DNA of 49,741 bases from NCBI GenBank assembly GCA_036759185.1, contig DAIOVD010000006.1, positions 1 to 49,741 on the forward strand, read 5' to 3'. Source of the DNA: Catalimonadaceae bacterium. Lineage in GTDB: Bacteria; Bacteroidota; Bacteroidia; Cytophagales; Flexibacteraceae. Position numbers and translations under genes: made by a program. This document shows, one piece after another, positions 17,337 to 26,767 of the stretch; positions within the stretch are counted from its first letter, which is position 1, and every line of letters begins with the position of its first letter. The notes below the pieces were generated by a model that did not search any database, was not told the origin of the DNA, and saw nothing but the letters and a program-made list of their open reading frames with translations.

Positions 17337-17355
17337 TCAATTAAACAGAAATATA

Positions 17356-18411
17356 ATGAACGCTCGCAAAGCAGAATTGCTTCAGAAAACCATCCAGCAC
17401 ATTGACATATCACAGCACAATGTGGTTTCTATGGTCGAAGCTATGGAACATATGGCTTTTCAGGCCCGCAACATGGCCCGTGGCGCTAAAATTTTCAACA
17501 TGATGCAGGCAGATAAAAACTGCACTGTGTATTTAACACTCGCTGGTTCTTTGATTTCAGCAGGTCTGAAAAAAGTCGTGGTTGACCTCATTAAGAACAA
17601 CATGGTCGATGTGATTGTATCTACCGGTGCCAACATTGTGGATCAGGATTTCTTCGAGGCACTCGGTTTCAAACATTATGTGGGAACTCCATATGGTATC
17701 GACGATCAGGAACTTCGCGAACTGATGATCGACCGTATTTATGATACCTTCATCGATGAGGAAGATCTTCGTGTATGTGACGCTACAATTGGTGAAATCT
17801 GCGATACACTTCCGCATAAGCCACATTCAAGCCGCGAATTCATTCGTGAAATGGGTCGGTTTCTGGCTGATAATGAAAAATATGCCGAGTCAAGAAAGGA
17901 CAGTATCGTATATCAGTGCTTTAAAAAGGGAGTGCCGATTTTCGTTCCGGCCTTCTCTGATTGCTCCGCCGGTTTTGGTCTTGTGCACCACCAGTTCCAC
18001 AATCCGGAATCACACATCAGCATCGATTCTGCCAAAGACTTTCTCGAAATTACCAAAATCAAACTGGCCAACCAGGAGTCTGGTCTTTTTATGATCGGTG
18101 GCGGTGTTCCGAAGAACTTTGTTCAGGACATCGTGGTTGCCTGCGACATTCTCGAAAAAGAAGCACCAATGCACAAATATGCCGTTCAGATTACAGTGGC
18201 AGATGAGCGTGACGGAGCCCTTTCGGGTTCCACATTGAAGGAAGCCTGTTCCTGGGGGAAAGTGGATACCGTTTACGAGCAAATGGTATTCAGCGAAGCC
18301 ACCATCGCAATGCCGATTATTGCAGGTTATGCACTTCACAAACGTGAATGGGTGGGTCGTCCTGAACGCCGCTTGAACGAAGTGCTTGATGGTGCTATGG
18401 TTACCGCATAG
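17356..18411 (+). CDS. Deoxyhypusine synthase-like protein (DHS / homospermidine-synthase-like family)
   Basis: Start chosen at the ATG at 17356 (MNARKAELLQ...); the longer ORF overlaps the TPR gene. NAD-binding style motifs (TLAGSLISAG, STGANIVDQD, IGGGVPKNF) and the catalytic-lysine context EACSWGKV are present. Confidence 0.8.
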   Translation: MNARKAELLQKTIQHIDISQHNVVSMVEAMEHMAFQARNMARGAKIFNMMQADKNCTVYLTLAGSLISAGLKKVVVDLIKNNMVDVIVSTGANIVDQDFFEALGFKHYVGTPYGIDDQELRELMIDRIYDTFIDEEDLRVCDATIGEICDTLPHKPHSSREFIREMGRFLADNEKYAESRKDSIVYQCFKKGVPIFVPAFSDCSAGFGLVHHQFHNPESHISIDSAKDFLEITKIKLANQESGLFMIGGGVPKNFVQDIVVACDILEKEAPMHKYAVQITVADERDGALSGSTLKEACSWGKVDTVYEQMVFSEATIAMPIIAGYALHKREWVGRPERRLNEVLDGAMVTA

Positions 18412-18433
18412 ATTAACTCATTGTATTAAATTG

Positions 18434-18468
18434 GAAACCTGTCAGAAATGGCAGGTTTCTTTGTTTTG
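18434..18468 (+). terminator. Intrinsic terminator after the DHS-like gene
   Basis: GAAACCTG-N10-CAGGTTTC followed by TTTGTTTT. Confidence 0.75.
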
Positions 18469-18581
18469 AGGAGTCCTCCTGAAAGATTTGGATAAAACCG
18501 GAACCAAGGAAGATCATGATTCCGAATTTGGACGAAAGGCTTTTACTGGATGGCCTCTCTATCCTTGTCCGCAGAATTTGT

Positions 18582-20456
18582 CTATGAACTTTTGTATGCT
18601 ACCTCGTGGTAGGTTTTGATATGGGGTCCCAGGAAAACACGGGCAAAAACCCGGATGATGGAAAGACCGTCTACAATGAAACTGAGTGACACAAAAAATG
18701 CCAGAACATATTGATGTGAATGAATGTGGCTGTACAACAAATCTTCTCCGATGAATGTGGGTGTGATGGGAAATCCAGTCAGTCCCAGGCAGGCAATCAG
18801 AAACACAAAAGCCTTGGTTCTGTATTCATACACGTGCCCATGAAACCGGGACAAATCGATGTCAGGCTCCACTTTCCGGATCTGAAGTAAAATCCAGAAG
18901 CCGAGGGCACCACACACAATGATCCCACTTAGATACATGTAAATTTGCGAAAACTCGAAATTCTCATTGAAGCCCAGGCCAAGCGCAATCCAGAAATGAC
19001 TCATAATAATGAGGAGCCAGGTGTAAAGTAAATTTCGTCTTTCAGAAAAGGACTTCATCACCATCACCAGGCCAACAAATGCATACGAAACCGGAAGATA
19101 GGCCCGCACGCTTTCCGGAATGGTTTCCTTGTGGTAGAGTCCGTACAAACCGATCAGAAACGTGGGCACAAAAAAGTAGTACACATTTTTCTCGTTGAGG
19201 AAGGAAAGGGCCCGGGCAAACTTCTTAATCGGATTCCAGATAGTTTCGTACATAAACGAATCCAGGTTCCATTCTTTCAGGCAAAGAATGTAGAGCGTAT
19301 TCCGGATTTTCAGCGGCATACTGGCCTCAATACTTTTGATGTGGGGCGAATAGGTATAAAACTGTTCACGGATCAGATAGCTCACCACCGAAGGCGAAAC
19401 CAATAACTGGTAGGTCCTCAAAAACGCATTTCCGGCAAAATGGAAAAGAGCCAGTTTCTCGAATCCAAGGGCCACTTCAATGAAAATGATCCCGATCTGG
19501 GCTATCGACGAATACGCGATCTGACTTTTAATCGACGACTGGACACGGGAAATACCCGTGGCAATGAGCATGGTGGTGAATCCAAGAGCACCGATCAGAA
19601 TCCGGACAGAGAGCTGGTATTCCCAGAACGAATAGGTCCGAAGCAAAAGGAAAACGCCCATGTGAACCGAAAGAGATCCATAAAAAATCGCACTCGATGG
19701 TGTCGGACCTTCCATTGCACGTGGCAGCCAGGATGAAAACGGAAGTTGCGCCGATTTAGCCGCAGCCGCAATCAGAATCATAAAAGCGATGAAAAACCCG
19801 ACCAGACTATGCCGTTCCAGTAAATCGTGAACCAGAATGAGGTTGTTGAGCTTGCTGAAGGAAATATTCTCCATCCACAGGTGGTGGCTCATCCACATCG
19901 CAAGTAATAATCCAATGTCGCCAATCCGGTAAATGGAAAACACCTTGATGGCATTTTTCACGGGTAAAAAGCGCTCTCTGTAAAAGGCAATCAGCAAAAA
20001 GGACGAAATCCCCAGAATTTCCCATCCGATGAAAAGGGTTTCAAAATTCCCCGAAAACACCGTGATGGTGTAACCCATGTAAAAAAACAGGATGGTGTTG
20101 AAAAACCGCTTGTAGCCCGCTTCCCGGTGCATATAGTACCGGCTGTAGAGAATCACCAGAAAACTGAGTGAGGAACCCACCAGGAAGTACGTAGCCGTGA
20201 TTTTATCAAAGTAGAAATCAATGAGAAACTGATACTCGTTGTTTTGATACAACATAATATCGGCCAGATTCAGATTGGGATGCTGATGAAACACCCAGAA
20301 ATAAACGAACGGAACCCCAACCAGCATCTGCAGACCAACGGTTGCCGTCGCTACCCAGGAAAGTGCTCTTTCCGCTTTGTCCGAAACCAGAAGGCTGATC
20401 AAAAATCCCATGATCGGGATCAGGACAAAAAACTGGAGAAAAAAATTCAGATTCAT
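18582..20456 (-). CDS. dabB: DabB: NuoL/MnhA-like proton-conducting membrane subunit of a DAB inorganic-carbon pump
   Basis: 624-aa polytopic membrane protein with Proton_antipo_M-type motifs (WEILGISSFLLI, AAAKSAQLPFSSWLPRAMEGPTPSSA). It sits 26 nt downstream of a DUF2309 gene. Confidence 0.8.
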   Translation of the reverse strand: MNLNFFLQFFVLIPIMGFLISLLVSDKAERALSWVATATVGLQMLVGVPFVYFWVFHQHPNLNLADIMLYQNNEYQFLIDFYFDKITATYFLVGSSLSFLVILYSRYYMHREAGYKRFFNTILFFYMGYTITVFSGNFETLFIGWEILGISSFLLIAFYRERFLPVKNAIKVFSIYRIGDIGLLLAMWMSHHLWMENISFSKLNNLILVHDLLERHSLVGFFIAFMILIAAAAKSAQLPFSSWLPRAMEGPTPSSAIFYGSLSVHMGVFLLLRTYSFWEYQLSVRILIGALGFTTMLIATGISRVQSSIKSQIAYSSIAQIGIIFIEVALGFEKLALFHFAGNAFLRTYQLLVSPSVVSYLIREQFYTYSPHIKSIEASMPLKIRNTLYILCLKEWNLDSFMYETIWNPIKKFARALSFLNEKNVYYFFVPTFLIGLYGLYHKETIPESVRAYLPVSYAFVGLVMVMKSFSERRNLLYTWLLIIMSHFWIALGLGFNENFEFSQIYMYLSGIIVCGALGFWILLQIRKVEPDIDLSRFHGHVYEYRTKAFVFLIACLGLTGFPITPTFIGEDLLYSHIHSHQYVLAFFVSLSFIVDGLSIIRVFARVFLGPHIKTYHEVAYKSS

Positions 20457-20482
20457 TTTAACAATGGTTTAGTTGATGGAAA

Positions 20483-23029
20483 TCAGGATTTGGTCTCAAG
20501 GAGAAACACCGGGAAATTTTCCTCGTGCGATTCCAACAGTTTGTCCAGATTGGAAACCACCGGAAGTTCTTTATTCACCCGTTTGTAGGGTTTGAAGACC
20601 TTGTCTTTGTACTGAAAAAGCTCTTTGGTTTCGGGATTGACCACCACCAGAACCACCCACTCATTCACAAACCACTCAAACGTAGCCGGATTCTGCTGAA
20701 TGGTTTCCAGCACAATGTTGGGAAAATGCTCCACCAGCATCAGCAAACGGACAGGGTCGTGTACTTCGATCATCTGACTTGGAAGTCCAGGTCGCAGATC
20801 ACCATCGATTCCGTTGGCCACCCCAAAAAGTCCCATCACATTGTGCGGAAGTTTGGTTCCGGCACCCAGTTTCTGGTTGTCGACCCTGGAGAAATAATAT
20901 TCCAGGTTGATTCCACCACACACGGGTGCAGCGGCATTCAGAATATTCAGCAGGTATTTTCCATAGGGATCCACCCTGTAGTCGTAGGAATTGAGGAAGG
21001 ACCGTCTGTCTAAAAACAGCCCTTTCGAAAGCTCACGCCGTCCGACAACGCACATGGCATTGGTGGCATGATTTAATTCCGGCCGGGGTTCAAAAAGAGA
21101 AACCGAGCGGGTGAGAATTTGGCCGTGGATGGTTTTTGGACTTTGTTTTGAATTGATCGAATCGAACCGCCGGGACCGTTCTTTTGCGTTGTAGTCCAGG
21201 GCCTTTTCAAAGACCTTTTCATTTTCCTGATGGTAATGCTGATTTCCTGGAAACAAAGATTCCAGATCGAAGTATACGATTTCATCGCGGGTGGTGTCAC
21301 GGATGGCCCCCACAAACTGGGTGTCAACCGGAATATCAATGCCTCTTTCCTTCAGCATAGAGCGCACCACCGAATGATTGGCCATGTAACTGAACACCCG
21401 GGCATTTACCGAGCCGGCCCTTCCGGAACAGGCACCGCAATCGTAGGCGGCATAGTGCGGATTGTTCACCGAACTGGCGCCATGACCGACAATGTACACG
21501 ATGGGGGCAAAATCTTTCACCAGACCAATGCTCTTCAGTACACTTTCTACGCGGTTGGCCATTTCAGGCAAGGTGAATCCAATCTGAAGATCATTTTCCC
21601 TGTGTTCGGGGTTCTTGTTTTCGATGATCAGTTTGGAATGCTGGTCCATGTGCTTCAGAGAAGAAGCGGTGGCCGGACTCATGGTTGGTTTGAAAATATT
21701 GGAAAACAGCTTCAGGGCCGACCAGAACCCGATGGTCTGCGAAATGAACCAGCCAAACACAAAATTGTGTGAGCTTTTGGAGAAGGTAAAATCGGTCTGC
21801 AGTTTGTTGCGAACCCCTACTTCTTTGATCAGATATTTTGGATTGACCGGTGCCGGGCAAACTTTGGTATAGAATTTCCCGCCCTGTGGCTGAAAGTAAA
21901 ATTCAACCCCGAAAAACCCTGGCGTTCCATAGGTTTCGGCCTGATCGTCAAACCGCTCGAGGTATCGCCGGATGGAGCATTCCCTGTCGTCAATGCAGAA
22001 AACGGCCTGAAAGCTCTTCTTCGGAAGGTCCTTTTTCTCGACCTTTTCCAGTTGGATACCAGCAAGCACCTGATCGTAAAAACTCCACTCAAAGGATTTC
22101 TGCCACAAACTCAAAACCGTGTCCAACTCGGTAATGTCCCGTTTTTCAAATAAGGATTTCGGACGGACGGAAATCACTTCATTGAGCGGTTTCCATTTCC
22201 CTCCAAGTCTGGAATCGAGTGTATCCAGTTCAAGCAAAAGCTCAAAAATGATGACTTCCTTCAACGAAATCTTCTTTGAGATGAGCAAGGTCTGGGGCAT
22301 ATCTTCCACCACCGAAACCATTCCCGACCAGCCCTGATGTGCGAATTGCTGATCAAAAACATATTGCTCATACAGCGTTGGATCGGCCACCAGCAGATCA
22401 AGAAGGTATTCAATGGACAGATCTTTCTGCTTCAGAATCTGCCGGGCCCGTTTGGTTTTGAAAAAGCTCGTATAGCTGTGGCGATCCATTTCCCGGATGG
22501 ATTCCAGAAAACCCATACCGTCTGAAGGAAAGTCCCAGATGGAAATTCCCTGATCGAGGTAGCTGCACAGAATCCGAAACAAAATTGGCTGGATAAACGA
22601 TTCCAGATCGATGTTGAACCGGGTCTTCCAGCAACCACGCAGCACTCCGATTTTGGGTTCCACATTTTCATTGTACTCCTGGTTGATCATTTTGTCGAGC
22701 CAGAAATCCAGTTGTTGTTCCCCCTTATTTTCAGCAATCGTCTGGGCGGTCACTTCTTTGTGAATCCGTCCGGCCTGGTACATCTTTCGGTATTCGGCCA
22801 GACTCAGATAGGTTCGGTATCCAAACGTGTCGGATGCGTCTTTCAGTGCTTCAAAAAACGATTCCGTCTGGAAAGCGTGGAGTGAATTATGATGGATAAA
22901 ATCCTTTAACGGTGCCTGAGCCGGAAGGTAATGCTTCAGGTCGTGCAACAGTTTGTGTTCGTCAAACAAAGCAATCGGGTCATTCATCGTGTTTCGTTTC
23001 CGGTTGGAAAAATCCTGTAAAGCTGTCAT
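20483..23029 (-). CDS. dabA: DabA: DUF2309-family probable inorganic carbon transporter subunit
   Basis: Hallmark N-terminus ...LKDFIHHNSLHAF.... A beta-carbonic-anhydrase-like ligand set is present: C345-I-D347 (FCIDDRE), H516 (VGHGASS) and C531 (DCGACSG). An alternative start is Met15 (22987). Confidence 0.85.
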   Translation of the reverse strand: MTALQDFSNRKRNTMNDPIALFDEHKLLHDLKHYLPAQAPLKDFIHHNSLHAFQTESFFEALKDASDTFGYRTYLSLAEYRKMYQAGRIHKEVTAQTIAENKGEQQLDFWLDKMINQEYNENVEPKIGVLRGCWKTRFNIDLESFIQPILFRILCSYLDQGISIWDFPSDGMGFLESIREMDRHSYTSFFKTKRARQILKQKDLSIEYLLDLLVADPTLYEQYVFDQQFAHQGWSGMVSVVEDMPQTLLISKKISLKEVIIFELLLELDTLDSRLGGKWKPLNEVISVRPKSLFEKRDITELDTVLSLWQKSFEWSFYDQVLAGIQLEKVEKKDLPKKSFQAVFCIDDRECSIRRYLERFDDQAETYGTPGFFGVEFYFQPQGGKFYTKVCPAPVNPKYLIKEVGVRNKLQTDFTFSKSSHNFVFGWFISQTIGFWSALKLFSNIFKPTMSPATASSLKHMDQHSKLIIENKNPEHRENDLQIGFTLPEMANRVESVLKSIGLVKDFAPIVYIVGHGASSVNNPHYAAYDCGACSGRAGSVNARVFSYMANHSVVRSMLKERGIDIPVDTQFVGAIRDTTRDEIVYFDLESLFPGNQHYHQENEKVFEKALDYNAKERSRRFDSINSKQSPKTIHGQILTRSVSLFEPRPELNHATNAMCVVGRRELSKGLFLDRRSFLNSYDYRVDPYGKYLLNILNAAAPVCGGINLEYYFSRVDNQKLGAGTKLPHNVMGLFGVANGIDGDLRPGLPSQMIEVHDPVRLLMLVEHFPNIVLETIQQNPATFEWFVNEWVVLVVVNPETKELFQYKDKVFKPYKRVNKELPVVSNLDKLLESHEENFPVFLLETKS

Positions 23030-23085
23030 GTAAATGAATCCTGATTCTGTACGAATGGTATTCGTGTGTTTCCGGTTGTGAAAAA

Positions 23086-24681
23086 TCAGGAAACGACGCT
23101 TCTGACACGTGTGGCTGTTTTGTGGTCGGAAAGTGTAATGTGGTTTTCCAGACCCACCAGCCGGATTGTTCCGCCACTGGCCCGGTATTCCTCCTTAAAC
23201 TGGTAAATGCTTTCCATCACATTGTGGTCCACAAGGGTGGTTTTGGAAAAATCCAGCGTCACATTCATCCCTTTGGGAATTGCTTCCAGGCGGCTTTTAA
23301 TACCCAGGAAGTTTGTGAATACGGCTGCTTTTTCAACCTCCAGAATGTAATCCTTCCCATTAAATGACACACTTGCCTGAGCGGAGAAGAGAGATTGAAA
23401 CGGAGCACCATGAAGAAGGTGCAGCGCAATTTTCACCAGAATTCCGGCTCCGATTCCAACAAGCAGATCTTCAAAAAGAGTGAAGAAAATGGTGATCAGA
23501 AAAACGGCCAGTTGCTCTTTCCCGATTTTGAAAATGTGGAAAAACTCTTTTGGATGTGCCAGCTTGATACCGACTGAAATCAACATTGCGGCCAGAGCCG
23601 TGTTGGGAATCAGCTCCATATAACTGGATGCCAGTAAAAGGAAACCAAGGAGAAAAAATCCGTGGAAGAAATTAGACCAGCGGGTTCTGGCTCCGTTGTT
23701 TACGTTGGCTGAACTCCGGGCCACTTCAGAAATCATCGGAAGACCTCCAAGAAAGGCAACCAGGGTATTTCCGATACCAACAGCTATCAGATCCTGATTG
23801 GCATCGGATTTACGTTTAAACGGATCCAGCATATCGATGGCCTTTACTGTAAGAAGCGATTCCAGTGAACCCACCAGAGCAAACATGATGACAAACTTTA
23901 TGAAGGTACCAGTTTGCTGAACCCCGGAAAAATCCACATTCATATGGATGCTGTCGACCAGATTCCCAATGTGAACCAGCGCATATTTCGGCAAGGTGCC
24001 GTGAAAATCAAGCAGCAGTTCTCCCGGAATGGCAATCAACAGAACAACCAATGGGGCAGGCAGTAATTTGAGGTAAGGCACTTTTACATTGCCCCATTCC
24101 ATCATAATCCAGAGACTGATAATTCCAATCAGGGATGCCTTTGGATCAAGATGTTGCAAAAACGTAGGAATAGCAGCGATAAGCCCAAAAGGAGTTTTTC
24201 CTTTCGCAAGGGCGGGATCCACATCCAGCAGTACCGGAATCTGCTTAAAAATGATGATCATTCCGATGGCTGCCAGCATACCATGGACAGCGGACAACGG
24301 GAAGAAATCTACCAGACGTCCGAGTTTTAAAACACCAAACAGAATCTGGATCAGACCTGCCATTACCATGGCTCCAAGAGCAAGATGCCAGCCTGTATCG
24401 CCACCACCAAATTCGGCAACGGCACTTACGACAATCACAATCAGACCGGCTGCCGGTCCTTTAATCGTGAGTTTCGATCCTGAGATCATGCTCACCAGCA
24501 TTCCTCCGATAATTGCGGTAACCAGGCCCATAACCGGAGGAAAGTCAGAGGCTTTTGCAATCCCCAGACTCAGGGGAAGTGCCAGCAGAAATACGATAAA
24601 TCCTGAAATCGCATCGGCTGTAAAATTTTCTTTTAGTCCCGCTATTCCATCTTTAGGAAGGGACTCTGTTTTCGTTTTCAT
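23086..24681 (-). CDS. SulP-family anion (bicarbonate/sulfate) transporter with a C-terminal STAS domain
   Basis: 531 aa, multi-TM Sulfate_transp core (...GLIQILFGVLKLGRLVDFFP...). The C-terminal soluble STAS-like domain reads ...YILEVEKAAVFTNFLGIKSRLEAIP.... Confidence 0.85.
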   Translation of the reverse strand: MKTKTESLPKDGIAGLKENFTADAISGFIVFLLALPLSLGIAKASDFPPVMGLVTAIIGGMLVSMISGSKLTIKGPAAGLIVIVVSAVAEFGGGDTGWHLALGAMVMAGLIQILFGVLKLGRLVDFFPLSAVHGMLAAIGMIIIFKQIPVLLDVDPALAKGKTPFGLIAAIPTFLQHLDPKASLIGIISLWIMMEWGNVKVPYLKLLPAPLVVLLIAIPGELLLDFHGTLPKYALVHIGNLVDSIHMNVDFSGVQQTGTFIKFVIMFALVGSLESLLTVKAIDMLDPFKRKSDANQDLIAVGIGNTLVAFLGGLPMISEVARSSANVNNGARTRWSNFFHGFFLLGFLLLASSYMELIPNTALAAMLISVGIKLAHPKEFFHIFKIGKEQLAVFLITIFFTLFEDLLVGIGAGILVKIALHLLHGAPFQSLFSAQASVSFNGKDYILEVEKAAVFTNFLGIKSRLEAIPKGMNVTLDFSKTTLVDHNVMESIYQFKEEYRASGGTIRLVGLENHITLSDHKTATRVRSVVS

Positions 24682-24799
24682 GAATCGAATGTTGAGAATA
24701 GTGATACTTCAGCCTACGGAAAAAACCGCTCCGGCATACTGATACTTCGGGCTCCGTTTGTAAGAAAGTCTTACGAACTGGTGACCAACCGAACAGTCA

Positions 24800-25141
24800 T
24801 CAAATCCGCATGTTGTGCAGAAACAGAAATAATTTTTTGTATATGAATAGGTTGGATTCTCCGCCATCCTGGCCGGAACCCAAAATCTGAACCACTTTGT
24901 GTGTGAAACCCGTGAGTTGTCCCTGAAGGGCACCTCCCTGAATTTCGGGTGAATCGTGCTCTTCCTGTTCTTTATTATCTTCGGTTTCTTCCAGGAAAAA
25001 CTCAACAGATGCAATCGCCATTCCGGAACTGGCTTGTTTCCGGATCGTGAATCCCCTGGATTCTCCTTTCGCACTTTCCATCTGCATGGAAAAGTTGAGG
25101 AGATTTGAGAGGACAAATATGGAGATGAACAGATATTGCAT
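24800..25141 (-). CDS. Possible small secreted protein (very uncertain)
   Basis: ATG at 25141 gives MQYLFISIFVLSNLLNFSMQ..., which is signal-like. The region contains four overlapping minus-strand ORFs in different frames and no recognisable domain. Confidence 0.25.
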   Translation of the reverse strand: MQYLFISIFVLSNLLNFSMQMESAKGESRGFTIRKQASSGMAIASVEFFLEETEDNKEQEEHDSPEIQGGALQGQLTGFTHKVVQILGSGQDGGESNLFIYKKLFLFLHNMRI

Positions 25142-25640
25142 GTCGATCAGTGATGGCAAAGGTAATCAATCGGGATAGCCTTAAAACCAAAGCCTGTGTT
25201 TCTAATGGTATTATAACCGTTTTCCATGTAGGAAAAACCCGCAATTCCACCTACTCCTGGACCAAAATGATCGACAAGAGGCCCCTGCGTAACATGTCCG
25301 GAAAATTTCACACATAAGCCAATGATCAAATTGAAACCGGATTCTTCTCTTATGCCTGAATAAACCTCATCAATCTTTTACTTTCAGAAATAGGAAAAGC
25401 ACGCATTCTGGGATTATTAGGATAGAAAAAAGCAAAGAAAGGACGGTGCGATAAAATTGTATCCATCGGATCTGGAAAAGTATTGTCATCGGGAGTGCAG
25501 GGAAATTCCTGCTATTTCGCGGCAATTCTGTCTTTGTTGACTGAGAACAAAAATCATGAATCTCAATGCGGGAAATGAGATAAATCGTTTTTGGGGACAA
25601 CCGAAAGAAATTACTTGAACAGACAAAAACATAAAAACCA

Positions 25641-26075
25641 ATGGCAGTAAAAATTAAGATCAACAGACTAAATGAGGACTTCCACATGGAAGCAATCAAC
25701 GATGAAGGAGCCCGTCTGGAAATGGATGGTTCCAATGAAATTGGGGGACAAAATCTGGGGATGAAACCTATGCAACTTTTGCTTGCGGCTGCCGGAGGAT
25801 GCAGTTCCATCGATGTTCTGGTAATCCTTAAAAAACAGAAACAGAACGTGCGCTCGTTTTCAGTGGAAGTGGAAGCCGATAAAGACAAGGTGGGTGACTA
25901 TTCGCTCTACAAAAATGTTTGCCTTCATTTTATGATCGAAGGTGAACTTGAACCCGCAAAAGCGAAAAAGGCTATTGAATTGTCGCTGGATAAATACTGT
26001 TCCGTTGCGAAAACGCTGGAGCCCACCACTACAGTTTCATATACATTATCCGTAAACGGGCAAAATGTGGATTAA
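25641..26075 (+). CDS. OsmC-family peroxiredoxin-like protein
   Basis: 144 aa with a pattern typical of the OsmC/Ohr fold: ...GMKPMQLLLAAAGGCSSIDVLVILKKQ... and ...LSLDKYCSVAKTL. Confidence 0.8.
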   Translation: MAVKIKINRLNEDFHMEAINDEGARLEMDGSNEIGGQNLGMKPMQLLLAAAGGCSSIDVLVILKKQKQNVRSFSVEVEADKDKVGDYSLYKNVCLHFMIEGELEPAKAKKAIELSLDKYCSVAKTLEPTTTVSYTLSVNGQNVD

Positions 26076-26080
26076 TCAGC

Positions 26081-26767
26081 TCATGTTCCTTCCCTGGAAG
26101 TAGCAGATGAATCCGGAAGAAGTTGATATTCTTTTTCAATTGTTGAAATGATGCTTTCAGACAGGGCAACGCTTCGGTTGTAACGATCCACAATCTCGTC
26201 GATGTATGTAAGTCCATTGCAGAGATTCTGGATCTTAGGGCTGAGAATCAGATCCTGGTCATTCGAAGTTCCGTCCTTATTAAGCCGCTGGTTGTCTTCA
26301 AAATAGACAGCGAGACGACGCTTTTTCTCAATAAACAATTCGGTGCTTTTTAAAAGCAAAGGGATGGATTCCTGATAAAGATCCAGAATTTCGGTCCTCA
26401 GTTTGCGGTTTTCGATCGAGTACATTTTCCCGCTGGATTTGAAACCTTCGTACCCTCCGTTATTGGGCAGTAATTCAGTTGTATTGTAAAAAATGTATCG
26501 GTACTTATTGATGCTGTCCGAATTCCAGACTCCACCGGTTGAAAGGCTACCGAAATATCGGAAGCCGAGGCTGGTTTTACGATATGATTTGATGTCGGTT
26601 TTCATCTCGGAAATATCGCTGAGGAGATCGCCCCGCAGCCCTAGCAGAAACTCTTTGGCTACGGCCTGGTCTTCATTTCGCTGACGAAGATTTTCCAGCC
26701 AGGTCGCCAGCAACACAGAAAACACAATGACAATTACTTCGAGAAGTGATTTTTTAAGTTTGTCCAT
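26081..26767 (-). CDS. Hypothetical single-pass membrane protein
   Basis: N-terminal TM anchor (LLEVIVIVFSVLLATWL) followed by a helical soluble domain. No family assigned with confidence. Confidence 0.55.
   Translation of the reverse strand: MDKLKKSLLEVIVIVFSVLLATWLENLRQRNEDQAVAKEFLLGLRGDLLSDISEMKTDIKSYRKTSLGFRYFGSLSTGGVWNSDSINKYRYIFYNTTELLPNNGGYEGFKSSGKMYSIENRKLRTEILDLYQESIPLLLKSTELFIEKKRRLAVYFEDNQRLNKDGTSNDQDLILSPKIQNLCNGLTYIDEIVDRYNRSVALSESIISTIEKEYQLLPDSSATSREGT

Noticed and set aside
17245-17355. Upstream extensions of the DHS-like ORF (from 17245) and of the hypothetical gene (from 28718).
   Set aside because: The extensions overlap the preceding genes out of frame and translate to non-protein-like sequence. 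Internal ATGs at 17356 and 28910 give compact gene spacing and family-typical N-termini.
20525-22671. Multiple 60-180-aa ORFs on both strands inside dabA (for example 20525..21013, 21230..21772).
   Set aside because: They are nested within the 848-aa DUF2309 gene, which has clear family motifs, and show no independent signals.
24089-25888. ORF 24089..24742 (+), antisense to sulP, and ORF 25370..25888 (-), antisense to the OsmC gene.
   Set aside because: Both are shadows of well-supported genes on the opposite strand, and their translations are low-complexity (Pro/Ser/Ile-rich).
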